A stretch of DNA of 64,000 nt from an uncultured Acidobacteriota bacterium. Its GTDB lineage: Bacteria > Acidobacteriota > Thermoanaerobaculia > Multivoradales > UBA5704. Location: contig CAVYRF010000001.1 of assembly GCA_963770895.1 (NCBI GenBank), forward strand, positions 1,760,001 to 1,824,000, written 5' to 3'. The notes under the pieces are model-generated. The model was given only the letters and a program-made list of their open reading frames with translations, was not told the DNA's origin and made no database searches. Below are positions 18,716 through 28,706 of this stretch, piece after piece. Every line of letters begins with the position of its first letter. The stretch's first letter is position 1. The position numbers and the translations under genes are program-made.

Positions 18716-19903
18716 TCATGCCGGCGGCACGCCGGCCGCCTGCTGCGGCCGCCAGCCGCAGGTGCGATCGTACGCGGCCGCGAGACGCACCGGAGCGCTG
18801 GCGTCCGCCAGGTCTTCCAGGCGCAGCGTGGCGAGCGCGGCGATGACCAGGGCGCGGTCGCGCGGCGTCGCCAGCGGCGGCCGGCGGTCGTCGTCGAAGC
18901 GTCCCAGGTTGGCTGCCGCGGCATGGACCAGCGCCCGCAGCACGGCAAAGGCGCCGTCCGACAGCGGCGGCGTGCCGCGATACACCTGCAGGCGGCCGGC
19001 CGGCCGGTAGCGCGGGAAGTCCTCGAGGCCCAGGAAGCGCAGCAGCCAGTCGGGACGGAAGCGGCCCAGGGCCGAGCCGATGCCGACAAAGTCGGCGATC
19101 AGCTCGTCGAGCAGGTTGTTGCGCATGACGCCGAACAGCCGGCGGGTGAAGTAGTGCGCTCCTTCGTGCTCGCGGCGGATGGCGAGCGACAGCTGCCGCC
19201 ATCGGCCGCCGTCCACGCCCAGCTGCTCGGCGGGCACGGCGCTGTACGGGCCGTCGCTGAGCAGGATGAGACGGTCCTGGTAGAGGTCCTTTTGCGGCCG
19301 CAGCCGCTCCATCTCCGCGGCCCAGGAGGCGGTCGCCCGCAGCGCGGCGGGCGTCGCCTCCCATGCCCGGCGCAGCTCGTGGAGCCGCGCCCAGTTGACG
19401 TAGCCGGAGATCATCTGGGCGCCCATCGCCTCGGGCACCGGCCACGGCTCGTTGCGCCGGCTGAGCGCCTGGACCAGCAGCACGAAGTCCTGGCGGCAGC
19501 CGGCGACGAGCAGGGGGATCCTGCCGGCGGGGCTCTGGTGCAGGACGATCTGCAACCGCTCCGGGGCGCTGAGCGTCAGGCCCTGGCCGCCCGGCGGCGG
19601 GTCGGGCGCCACGCCCTGCCGCGTCGCCGCCAGGTAGGGAGCGGTCTGGCTGATGCCCGCGGCGACGGGGAAGCGCAGCTGCGGCAGCTTGGCGCGCAGC
19701 ACCGCGAAGCTGCCGCGGTCGGCGGCCTCCAGGACACAGCTCTCCCAGAAGGCGATGAACGGTTCGTCGGCCAGGGGCAGCCGCGGCGCCGCGAAGATCG
19801 CCTCGCTGGCGAACAGGTTTTCGTTGTAGGCCAGGAGCTCCGCCACCTCGCCGGCGGCGGCGCCGAAGGTCGTCAGGGTGCCAGCTTGCCGAGCTTCAGC
19901 CAT
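18716..19903 (-). CDS. Uncharacterised HExxH-motif protein
   Basis: 395-aa ORF; RREHEGAHYF followed by DELIAD (third-ligand-like Glu). Confidence 0.75.
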   Translation of the reverse strand: MAEARQAGTLTTFGAAAGEVAELLAYNENLFASEAIFAAPRLPLADEPFIAFWESCVLEAADRGSFAVLRAKLPQLRFPVAAGISQTAPYLAATRQGVAPDPPPGGQGLTLSAPERLQIVLHQSPAGRIPLLVAGCRQDFVLLVQALSRRNEPWPVPEAMGAQMISGYVNWARLHELRRAWEATPAALRATASWAAEMERLRPQKDLYQDRLILLSDGPYSAVPAEQLGVDGGRWRQLSLAIRREHEGAHYFTRRLFGVMRNNLLDELIADFVGIGSALGRFRPDWLLRFLGLEDFPRYRPAGRLQVYRGTPPLSDGAFAVLRALVHAAAANLGRFDDDRRPPLATPRDRALVIAALATLRLEDLADASAPVRLAAAYDRTCGWRPQQAAGVPPA

Positions 19904-19932
19904 CGCTATAGCATATGGTGGAGAGAGCGAGC

Positions 19933-21537
19933 ATGAAAGTATTGTCGGGCCAGGGCAACCGGGTCAGAGAGGGGTGGGGAGGCCGGCTGCTGGCGCTGCT
20001 GACCTGCGGCACCGTGGCCCTGGGAACAGCCGGCGGCCAGCTGCCCGCCGCCGCCCCGGCGCCCGCTCCAGGCCTCGGCCTGCTCGAGTCGGTGCGCCTG
20101 ATGCTCGCCAACGACCCCAACGTGGTGGTGGCACGCGCACACCTGACCAGCGCCCTGGGCGCACTGTCGGTGCAGAGCGGCACCTTCGACTCGGTGATCA
20201 CCGCCAGCACCTCCTACAGCGACACCCGCACGCCGGTCTTCAGCTTTCCCGCGGACCGCGAAACCGCCCTCACCAGCACCCTGGGCCTGACCCAGGAGCT
20301 GCGCTCCGGCACCACCCTGACGCCGCAGGTGAGCCTCAGCAGCGACAGCGAAAACACCGCGCTCAGCGGTCTGTCCGGTCCGCCGGTGATCTTCAATACC
20401 GCCAACGTCTCCTTCGCGCTGCGCCAGCCGCTGCTGCGCGGCCGCGGCGTCAAGGTGGCGGACGCTCCCGAGCGTGCGGCGCAGCGCGAAGCCGAAGCTG
20501 CCGCCCTCGACCTGCGGTTCACCGTCTCGCAGCGCATCCTCACCGTGGCGACGCAGTACTGGACGGCCATGGCCGCCCGCTACAGCCTCGACATCCTGCG
20601 CACCAACGAAGAGACCTCGCGCCGGCTGCTGACCACCACGCGGCGCCTGATCGAAGCCGACATCACGGCGCCGGCCGAAGCGGTGCAGCTGGAGGCCAAC
20701 CTGGCCGCCGCCGAGGCTTCCCGCGTCGCCGGCGAAAACGCGCTGTTCCGGGCGCGCCAGGACCTGGGCCGCGAGATCGGGCTCGACGGCGCCCGCACCG
20801 CGGCGCTGCCGGCGCCGGCCGGCCCCTTCCCGGAGCTGGCGCCGGGCGCCTTGGACAGCGCCGGCGCGGCGCGCTTCGTCGCCGCCGCGCTGCGCCGCCG
20901 CGCCGACCTGCAGGCGGCGCGCAAGCGCCTGGAAGAAAGCGACATGCTGGTCACGGCCGCCGCCAACGCGCTGCTGCCGCAGCTCGATCTGGTGCTCACG
21001 CCGAGCTATTCCGGGCTGATGGGCGGCGGCGGCGTCGCCGCGTCCCTCGCCGCGCTGACGCACCAGATCCCCGGCGTCAGCTCGTTGCTGTCGCTCAATC
21101 TCACCTGGCCGGTGCGCCGCGACGCGGCCTACGGCCAGTGGCTGCAGGCGACCGCCACGCGGCAGCAGAACGCGGCGCTGCTCGACCAGCTGGAAAAAAG
21201 CGTCGGCACCGACGTCCCCACCGACGTGGACACCGTGGCCCGCGGCGCCCAGCAGCTGGACCGGGCGCACGCGGCGGTCCATCTGTTCGAACGCGCGGTG
21301 GCCAACGAGGAGCGCAAGCTGCGCGCCGGCAGCTCGACGGTGCTGGACGTCATCACCCAGCAGGACCGGCTGCTGACCGCGGCGCAGACCGAGGTGGCGG
21401 CGGAGCTGTCGCTGGCCCAGGCGCTGGCGCAGCTGCGCTTCGCCACCGGCACGCTGATGGCCGAGAGCGGCGACCTGGAGGTGGTGGACGCCGACCGCAT
21501 CACCAGCGTACCGGCAGGCCAGGAGACGAGCCCATGA
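19933..21537 (+). CDS. TolC-family outer membrane efflux protein
   Basis: Signal peptide, LRQPLLRG, LLPQLDL, GSSTVLDV; first gene of the export operon (alternative start 19915). Confidence 0.88.
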   Translation: MKVLSGQGNRVREGWGGRLLALLTCGTVALGTAGGQLPAAAPAPAPGLGLLESVRLMLANDPNVVVARAHLTSALGALSVQSGTFDSVITASTSYSDTRTPVFSFPADRETALTSTLGLTQELRSGTTLTPQVSLSSDSENTALSGLSGPPVIFNTANVSFALRQPLLRGRGVKVADAPERAAQREAEAAALDLRFTVSQRILTVATQYWTAMAARYSLDILRTNEETSRRLLTTTRRLIEADITAPAEAVQLEANLAAAEASRVAGENALFRARQDLGREIGLDGARTAALPAPAGPFPELAPGALDSAGAARFVAAALRRRADLQAARKRLEESDMLVTAAANALLPQLDLVLTPSYSGLMGGGGVAASLAALTHQIPGVSSLLSLNLTWPVRRDAAYGQWLQATATRQQNAALLDQLEKSVGTDVPTDVDTVARGAQQLDRAHAAVHLFERAVANEERKLRAGSSTVLDVITQQDRLLTAAQTEVAAELSLAQALAQLRFATGTLMAESGDLEVVDADRITSVPAGQETSP

Positions 21538-22775
21538 TCTTCCGCAAGGTGGCGCTGGAGCGCCTGTCGTCGCCCGAGCAGCTGGACCAGCTCCTGGAAG
21601 TCACCACGCCCATCGGCTGGCTGGCGCTCGCGGCGCTCGGCGCGCTGGTGGCGGCGGGGATGGCCTGGGCGCTGTTCGGCTCCATCCCGACGCTGGCCGC
21701 CGGCGAAGGCATCCTGCTGCGCCGCAGCGGCGTCATGGACTTGGTGGCGACCGCCGGCGGCCAGGTCGACGAAGTGCTGGTCCACGTCGGCGACGTGATC
21801 GAAAAGGGCCAGCGCGTGGCCTCCATCCGCCAGCAGGGGCTGCTGCGCCAGATGGAAGACCTGCGCGGCAAGCGCGCGGTCCTCGACCAGGAGTACCAGG
21901 CGCTGCTGCGGTTCACCGCCGGGCAGCAGCAGCTCAAGCAGAGCGAGCTCGAGCAGCAGCGCGCCAACCTGCAGCGCACCGTGGCCGCGCTGGGCAGAAA
22001 CGTGCAGCTGCTGGTCGAGCGCGTCACCGCCGAGCAGAAGCTGGTCGACGACGGATTGATCACCAAGCAGACCCTGCTGGCCTCCGAGCAGAGCTTGAAC
22101 ACCGGCCGCGACCAGCTGGCCGCCGCCCGCGTCGACCTCGCCGACCTCGAGCTCAAGCGGCGGGAATCGGAGGAGGCGCAAAAGGAGCAGCTGCTGGCGC
22201 GCAGCGCCCTGATCCGCGACCTGGACTCGCAGATCCACGAGCTGCAGGCCAGACTGCGCGAAGACGTCGACGTGGTTTCGCCCTACCGCGGCCGGGTGCT
22301 CGAACTGATGGTCAATCGCGGCGACCTGGTCAACCCGGGAGCGCCGATGCTCAACCTGGAGATGATCGGCGACGATCTGCTGGCGGTCCTCTTCGTGCCG
22401 GCGACGATGGGCAAGCGGGTGCAGCAGGGGATGCTGGTGCGGATCTCGCCGTCGACCGTCAACAGCGAAGAATACGGCTACATGCTCGGGCGGGTGAACT
22501 GGGTCGCCGACTACCCGTCCACGGCGCGCGGCATGACCCGCCTGCTGGCCAACGAAGCGCTGGTCAACCGCCTGATGGCGGCCGGGCCGCCGGTGCAGGT
22601 CAACGTGGCGCTGATCGCCGACGCCGCGACGCCGACCGGCTACCGGTGGTCGTCGATGCGCGGCCCCAGCCTCAAGATCAGCAGCGGCACGCTGGCCTCC
22701 GGCAGCATCGTGGTGCGCCAGGACCATCCCCTGCACCTGCTGGTGCCGACGGTGCGCGAGCGGCTCGGTGTCTGA
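21534..22775 (+). CDS. NHLP bacteriocin system secretion protein (HlyD-like membrane fusion protein)
   Basis: MIFRKVALERLSSPEQLDQL, EEYGYMLG and TPTGYRWSS motifs; ATGA overlap with the TolC stop. Confidence 0.93.
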   Translation: MIFRKVALERLSSPEQLDQLLEVTTPIGWLALAALGALVAAGMAWALFGSIPTLAAGEGILLRRSGVMDLVATAGGQVDEVLVHVGDVIEKGQRVASIRQQGLLRQMEDLRGKRAVLDQEYQALLRFTAGQQQLKQSELEQQRANLQRTVAALGRNVQLLVERVTAEQKLVDDGLITKQTLLASEQSLNTGRDQLAAARVDLADLELKRRESEEAQKEQLLARSALIRDLDSQIHELQARLREDVDVVSPYRGRVLELMVNRGDLVNPGAPMLNLEMIGDDLLAVLFVPATMGKRVQQGMLVRISPSTVNSEEYGYMLGRVNWVADYPSTARGMTRLLANEALVNRLMAAGPPVQVNVALIADAATPTGYRWSSMRGPSLKISSGTLASGSIVVRQDHPLHLLVPTVRERLGV

Positions 22776-24981
22776 ACCTGCCGCCCCTGCCGATCCCGCC
22801 GCCGCCGCTGCCGCACCGGGCGAGCGGCGGCGGCCGCGGCGGGTGCGCACGCCGACGGTGCTGCAGATGGAGGCGGTGGAGTGCGGCGCCGCGGCGCTCG
22901 CCATCGTCCTGGCCACCTTCAACCGCTGGGTGCCGCTCGAGCAGCTGCGCGTCGCCTGCGGCGTGTCGCGCGACGGCAGCAAGGCCAGCAACGTGGTCAA
23001 GGCGGCGCGCACCTTCGGCCTGGAAGCCAAGGGCTACAAGAAGGAGCCGGCGGCGCTGCGCGACCTCGTGCCGCCGATGATCCTGCACTGGAACTTCAAC
23101 CATTTCGTGGTGCTCGAAGGGTGGAAGCGCGGCCGCGTCTACCTCAACGACCCGGCCTCGGGGCCGCGTACCGTCAGCGAAGAAGAGCTCGACCAGGCGT
23201 TCACCGGCGTCGTGCTGGTCTTCCGGCCGGGTCCCGGCTTCCAGCCCGGCGGCGGCGCCCCCAGCCTGCTCGCCGCGCTGCGCCAGCGGCTGGCCGGAAT
23301 GCGCGCGGCGCTGGCCTTCGCGCTGCTCACCGGCCTGGCGCTGGTGGTCCCCGGCCTGGCGGTGCCGGCGTACTCCAAGGTGTTCGTCGACGAAGTGCTG
23401 CTCGCCGGGCACCACGACTGGATGCTGCCGCTGATGGGGCTGATGGTGGTGACGGCGCTCGCCAGCGCCGCCCTGATCTGGCTGCAGCAGGCCTACTTGC
23501 TGCGCATGGAAACCAAGATGGCGCTGGCCGGTTCCAGCCGTTTCCTGTGGCACGTCCTGCGGCTGCCGCTGGAATTTTTCAACCAGCGCTTCGCCGGCGA
23601 CATCAGCTCGCGGGTGGCGATCAACGACCAGGTGGCGGGCCTGCTGTCGCGCGACCTCGCCTCGGGCGCCCTGGGGGCCCTGGTGGTGGTCTTCTACGCC
23701 ATCCTGATGCTGCGCTACGACGTGCCGCTGACCGTCCTGGGGCTGGTGATCGTGTCGCTCAACGTCGCCGCCCTGCGCTACGTGTCGCGCCAGCGGGTGG
23801 ACGGCAACCGCCGCCTGGCGCAGGACCGCGGCAAGCTCCTGTCGACCGCCATCGGCGGCTTGCAGATGATCGAGACGCTCAAGGCCATGGGCTCGGAGTC
23901 GGACCTGTTCGCGCGCTGGGCGGGCCACCAGGCCAAGGTGGTCAACGCGCGCCAGGGTCTGGAACGCTACACCCAGGTGCTCGGCGCCGTGCCGCCCGCG
24001 CTCGCGGCGCTCAACACCGCGGCGATCCTGGGCGTCGGCGGCCTGCGCGTCGCCAACGGCGGCCTCAGCCTGGGCGGCCTGGTGGCCTTCCAGGTGCTGA
24101 TGGCGGGGTTGACGGCGCCGGTCGAACGGCTGGTGAACCTCGGCGGCCAGCTGCAGACCGCGGAAGGAGACATGAGGCGCCTCGACGACGTGCTGCGCTA
24201 CCCGGAGGTGGCGGGCGGCGACGCGCCATCCGAGCCGCTGCCCGCCGGCCAGCCGGTGCGCCTGGCCGGACACCTCGAGCTGCGCGACGTCTCGTTCGGC
24301 TACAGCCGCCTGGATCCGCCGCTCATCGAAGGCTTCCACCTGGACCTCAAGCCGGGCGCGCGGGTGGCGCTGGTGGGCGGCTCGGGCAGCGGCAAATCGA
24401 CCATCGCCAAGCTGGTGCTGGGACTCTACGAGCCCTGGGAGGGCCAGATCCTGTTCGACGGCCGGCCGCGCCGCCAGGTGCCGCGGCGGGTGCTCGCCAA
24501 CTCGCTGGCGTACGTCGACCAGTCGATCTTCCTGTTCGAGGGCACGGTGCGCGACAACCTGACGCTGTGGGACTCGACCGTGCCGCTGCCGGAGATGATC
24601 GGCGCGGCCAAGGACGCCTGCATCCACGACGTCATCGCGGCCAAGGTGGGCGGCTACAGCAGCACGGTGCAGGAAGACGGCGCCAATTTCAGCGGCGGCC
24701 AGCGGCAGCGCCTGGAGATCGCCCGCGCGCTGGTCGGCCGGCCGCGCCTGATCGTGCTCGACGAAGCCACCAGCGCGCTCGACCCGGTGACCGAAGCAGA
24801 GATCGATCGGCACCTCAGGCGGCGTGGCGTCACCTGCCTGATCGTCGCCCACCGGTTGAGCACCATCCGCGATGCCGACGAGATCATCGTGCTCGACAAG
24901 GGCAAGGTGGCGCAGCGCGGCACCCACGACCAGCTCAAGGACGCGGCCGGCGCCTACGCCCGCCTGATCGGCGCCGAATGA
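22768..24981 (+). CDS. NHLP-family ABC transporter, C39 peptidase/permease/ATPase
   Basis: QMEAVECGAA (catalytic Cys), HWNFNHFVV, NDP; GGSGSGKS; FSGGQRQR; LDEATSALD. Confidence 0.96.
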   Translation: MSEPAAPADPAAAAAAPGERRRPRRVRTPTVLQMEAVECGAAALAIVLATFNRWVPLEQLRVACGVSRDGSKASNVVKAARTFGLEAKGYKKEPAALRDLVPPMILHWNFNHFVVLEGWKRGRVYLNDPASGPRTVSEEELDQAFTGVVLVFRPGPGFQPGGGAPSLLAALRQRLAGMRAALAFALLTGLALVVPGLAVPAYSKVFVDEVLLAGHHDWMLPLMGLMVVTALASAALIWLQQAYLLRMETKMALAGSSRFLWHVLRLPLEFFNQRFAGDISSRVAINDQVAGLLSRDLASGALGALVVVFYAILMLRYDVPLTVLGLVIVSLNVAALRYVSRQRVDGNRRLAQDRGKLLSTAIGGLQMIETLKAMGSESDLFARWAGHQAKVVNARQGLERYTQVLGAVPPALAALNTAAILGVGGLRVANGGLSLGGLVAFQVLMAGLTAPVERLVNLGGQLQTAEGDMRRLDDVLRYPEVAGGDAPSEPLPAGQPVRLAGHLELRDVSFGYSRLDPPLIEGFHLDLKPGARVALVGGSGSGKSTIAKLVLGLYEPWEGQILFDGRPRRQVPRRVLANSLAYVDQSIFLFEGTVRDNLTLWDSTVPLPEMIGAAKDACIHDVIAAKVGGYSSTVQEDGANFSGGQRQRLEIARALVGRPRLIVLDEATSALDPVTEAEIDRHLRRRGVTCLIVAHRLSTIRDADEIIVLDKGKVAQRGTHDQLKDAAGAYARLIGAE

Positions 24982-24994
24982 GCCGCGGCCAGCC

Positions 24995-27967
24995 ATGACC
25001 GAGCCCGCCGCGCAGGACCGCCTGGCGACGTCGCTCGCGGCCGCCGCCCAGGGGCTGGCGCTCACCGCCGCCTCGCCGCTGCGCCTGGACACCTCGGCGG
25101 CGCTCTGGCTGGTCGACTCCGGGCGGCTGGAGGTGTTCGCGGTGGTGGAGAAGGAGGGACCCGGCGCGGAGCCCGGCGCGCGCAGCCACCTCGCCACCGC
25201 GACCGCCGGCCAGCTGCTCTGCGGGCTGGCGTCGGCGGCGGGCGATGCCGGCGTCGGCGTCGGCGTCCTCGCGGTGGCAGCCCCCGCGGCGCGCCTGCTG
25301 CGGCTGGAGCCGGCCGCGGTGCGGCGGCTGGCCGCCGAGCCGGCGCTGCGCGAGCCGCTGGCAGTGCTGCTGGACGGCTGGCTGAGCCTGCTGGCGGCGG
25401 CGCTCGCCACGGAGCCGGGGCCGCGCGCCTTCACCGAGCTGCGGCGCGGCACCCAGGTGGATCTCGAGGCCGGGCGCCCGGCGCGGTGCCGCGAGGGCGC
25501 CGTCTGGGTGCGCCAGGTGAGCGGCGCGAGCGCGCTGCTGGGGCGGCCCGACCTGACCGTCGCGGCGGGCGAGCTGGCGCCGGTCGCGGCGGAGAGCTGG
25601 CTGGTCGCCGCCGAGCCGTCGTGCCTGACGGTCAGCGGCGGCGCCCACCTGGTGGCGGGCGACGACCTGTGGGCGGCGCTCGCACGCTTCCACGGCCGCT
25701 GGCTGGCGACGCTGGCGCGGCAGCGGGCCGGCAGCGAACGGCTGGACCGCGACCGCCTGGAGCGCAAGACGGCACTGGACCGCCAGCTGCTGCGCGGCGC
25801 CTTCACGCGCCTGGCCTCCGTGCTGGCGGCGGACCACCCGGCCGCCGGTGCTGAAGTCGCCGGCCAGGACGCCGCGGCCCAGCCCCTGCTGGCGACCTGC
25901 CGGCTGGTGGCGGCGGCGCAAGGCATGCGCTTCCAGGGCCGCCCCGAAAGCGCCGCCGGCGACCGCCGCCCGCCGGCCGGCGAGCACCTGGCCAGCCTCT
26001 GTGCGGCGGCGCGGGTGCGCCACCGGCGGGTGATCCTGCGCGGCGCCTGGTGGCGCCACGACAACGGCCCGCTGGTGGGCTTCCTGACGCCGCCGGCGGG
26101 GCCGGGGCCGACGGCGAGCCGGCCGGTCGCCTTGCTGCCCAGCTCGCGCACCAGCTACGACCTGGTGGACCCGGCGGCGGGCCGGCGGGCGACGGTCGAC
26201 CAGGCGACGGCCGAAAGCCTGGGGGCCGAAGCGTTCATGCTGTACACGCCGCTGCCCGAACGGCCGGTGACCGCCCGCGACCTGCTGCGCGCGGCGCTCG
26301 GCGGCCGGCGCGGCGACCTGTGGACGTTGCTGCTGATGGGGCTCGCCAGCGGCATTCTGGCGCTGCTGGTGCCGATCGTCACCGGCCAGGTGTTCGGCCA
26401 CGCGATCCCGGACGCCGACCGGCCGGGGCTGCTCCAGCTCACCCTGGTGCTGGTGGTCGGGGCGCTCGCGGCGAGCGCTTTCCAGCTCACCCGCAGCTTC
26501 ACCGTGGTGCGCCTGAGCGCCCGCCTGGAAGGCAGCGTCCAGGCGGCGATCTGGGATCGCCTGCTGGCGCTGCCAGTGGCCTTCTTCCGCCGCTACTCGG
26601 TCGGCGACCTGGCCGACCGCTCGCTGGGCGTCGAGCGCATCCGCGAGCTGCTCACCGGCAACGTCGTCACCTCGATCCTGGCCGCCGTCTTTTCGGTCTT
26701 CAGCTTTGCCCTGCTGTTCTATTACAGCTGGTCGATGGCCCTCATGGCCACGGCCCTGGTGGCGGTGCTGGTGGCCGCCACCGCGCTGCTCACCTGGATG
26801 CAGCTGCGCCATCAGCGCAGCCTGCTGGCCCGCCAGGGCAAGATTGCCAGCCTGCTGCTGGGCCTCATCCGCGGCATCGCCAAGCTGCGGGTGGCGGCGG
26901 CGGAGGAGCGCGCCTTCAGCCGCTGGGCGGAGAGCTTCGCCGAGCAGCGGCGCTTCTCGGTCGAGGCGCGGCGGATCGCCAACGCCCAGTCGGCTTTCAA
27001 CGCCGGCTATGGCGTGCTCACCTCGCTCGCCATCTTCGCCATGGTCACCTGGTCCAGCGCCGCCGGCATGCCGGTGGGCGACTTCCTGGCCTGGAACGCG
27101 GCGTTCGCCCAGTTCCTCACCGCCGCGCTGGCCACCGTCGCGCTGCTGTCGAGCATGCTCACCATCGTGCCCCTCTACGAGCGCCTGCAGCCCATCCTGG
27201 CGGCGGTCCCCGAAGTCGACGCCGGCCAGGCGGACGCCGGGGACCTGACCGGCGACATCGAATGCAGCCACCTGTGCTTCCGCTACGACGAACAGGGACC
27301 GCTGATCCTGGACGACGTCTCGTTCCACGCCGCCGCCGGCGAGTTCGTGGCGCTGGTCGGCGCCTCGGGCTCGGGAAAATCGACCTGCCTGCGCCTGCTG
27401 CTGGGCTTCGATCGGCCGGAGTCGGGATCGATCTATTTCGACGGCCAGGACCTGGCGGCGCTCGGCGTGCAATCGGTGCGCCGCCAGATCGGCGTGGTCA
27501 TGCAGCACAGCCGGATCGCGGTGGGCGACATCTTCACCAACATCGTCGGCGGCTCCAACCTGACGCTCGACGACGCCTGGGAGGCGGCCCGCATGGCCGG
27601 CATCGAGGACGACGTCCGCGCCATGCCGATGGGCATGCACACGGTGGTGAGCGAGGGGGGCGAAACGTTCTCGGGCGGTCAGAAGCAGCGGCTGCTGATC
27701 GCCCGCGCCATCATCAACCGGCCGCGCATCCTGCTGTTCGACGAAGCCACCAGCGCGCTCGACAACCGCACCCAGGAGATGGTGAGCCGCAGCCTCGAAG
27801 GGCTCAAGGCGACGCGCATCGTCATCGCCCATCGCCTGAGCACCATCGTCAACGCCGACCGCATCTACGTTTTCGACGCCGGGAAGGTGGTGGAGGTCGG
27901 CAGCTACCGCGAGCTGGTCGAGCGCGGCGGCATCTTCTCCGCCCTGGCGAGGCGGCAGCTGGCGTGA
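24995..27967 (+). CDS. NHLP-family ABC transporter permease/ATPase (second subunit)
   Basis: WWRHDNGPL, WDRLLALP, GASGSGKS, FSGGQKQR, FDEATSALD; N-terminal cNMP-domain-like segment. Confidence 0.95.
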   Translation: MTEPAAQDRLATSLAAAAQGLALTAASPLRLDTSAALWLVDSGRLEVFAVVEKEGPGAEPGARSHLATATAGQLLCGLASAAGDAGVGVGVLAVAAPAARLLRLEPAAVRRLAAEPALREPLAVLLDGWLSLLAAALATEPGPRAFTELRRGTQVDLEAGRPARCREGAVWVRQVSGASALLGRPDLTVAAGELAPVAAESWLVAAEPSCLTVSGGAHLVAGDDLWAALARFHGRWLATLARQRAGSERLDRDRLERKTALDRQLLRGAFTRLASVLAADHPAAGAEVAGQDAAAQPLLATCRLVAAAQGMRFQGRPESAAGDRRPPAGEHLASLCAAARVRHRRVILRGAWWRHDNGPLVGFLTPPAGPGPTASRPVALLPSSRTSYDLVDPAAGRRATVDQATAESLGAEAFMLYTPLPERPVTARDLLRAALGGRRGDLWTLLLMGLASGILALLVPIVTGQVFGHAIPDADRPGLLQLTLVLVVGALAASAFQLTRSFTVVRLSARLEGSVQAAIWDRLLALPVAFFRRYSVGDLADRSLGVERIRELLTGNVVTSILAAVFSVFSFALLFYYSWSMALMATALVAVLVAATALLTWMQLRHQRSLLARQGKIASLLLGLIRGIAKLRVAAAEERAFSRWAESFAEQRRFSVEARRIANAQSAFNAGYGVLTSLAIFAMVTWSSAAGMPVGDFLAWNAAFAQFLTAALATVALLSSMLTIVPLYERLQPILAAVPEVDAGQADAGDLTGDIECSHLCFRYDEQGPLILDDVSFHAAAGEFVALVGASGSGKSTCLRLLLGFDRPESGSIYFDGQDLAALGVQSVRRQIGVVMQHSRIAVGDIFTNIVGGSNLTLDDAWEAARMAGIEDDVRAMPMGMHTVVSEGGETFSGGQKQRLLIARAIINRPRILLFDEATSALDNRTQEMVSRSLEGLKATRIVIAHRLSTIVNADRIYVFDAGKVVEVGSYRELVERGGIFSALARRQLA

Positions 27968-28022
27968 GGCCGCATGCCGCCGCCGCGCCCGACCGATCCA
28001 CCCGTTTCCCTCAGGGGGGGCC

Positions 28023-28592
28023 ATGCGCAAAGTACTCTTCCTCTTCGGCCAGCTCAACGACGACGACGTCGAGTGGCTGATCGCGAGCGGCACGGTGCGC
28101 CAGGTGGCGCCGGGCGAAATCCTCATCCGCCAGGGGACCCACGTCGACGCCGTGTTCATCCTGCTCGCCGGCCGCCTGTCGGTGCTGCTGGCGCGGACAG
28201 GCGATCGTGAGATCGCGCGCCTGCAGGCCGGCGAGATCGCCGGCGAGATGTCGTTCCTGGATTCACGGCCGCCGTCGGCGACGGTGTGCGCCCTGGAGAC
28301 GTCGACGGTGTACGCCATCCCGCGCGCGATGCTGGCGGCGCGGCTCGCCGCCGACCTGGGCTTCGCCGCCCGCTTCTACCGGGCGCTGGCGATCTTCCTC
28401 GCCACCACCGTGCGCGAGCGCCACCGCAGCCTGGTGCTGACCGCCGGGGACGTCGGCCCGGCACCGCAGGCGGCCTTGGTCGCGGACGACGAAGAGGACG
28501 ACGCCGACGAGCTCGAAGGCAACGTGCTCGACAACGTCTACCTGGCGGGCGAGCGCTTCAACCGCATGGTCCGGCGCCTGACCGGAGCCTAG
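28023..28592 (+). CDS. Cyclic nucleotide-binding protein (bacteriocin-transport associated)
   Basis: GEIAGEMSFLDSRPPSATV cNMP-binding motif; directly follows the NHLP ABC genes. Confidence 0.9.
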   Translation: MRKVLFLFGQLNDDDVEWLIASGTVRQVAPGEILIRQGTHVDAVFILLAGRLSVLLARTGDREIARLQAGEIAGEMSFLDSRPPSATVCALETSTVYAIPRAMLAARLAADLGFAARFYRALAIFLATTVRERHRSLVLTAGDVGPAPQAALVADDEEDDADELEGNVLDNVYLAGERFNRMVRRLTGA

Positions 28593-28706
28593 CGCAGGCC
28601 CCCGGCCGGCCGCCTGCGCCGTGCGGATCGGTCCGGCGGACCGGCGGCGGTCGCAAGGGCCGGTTTCAGCTGGGGTGTACACTGTACATTCAGGAAGTTC
28701 TCCAGC

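Noticed and set aside
19878-22775. 965-aa ORF suggesting a fusion to the HlyD protein
   Set aside because: The N-terminal part is an alternative frame of the TolC gene; the real start is ATG 21534
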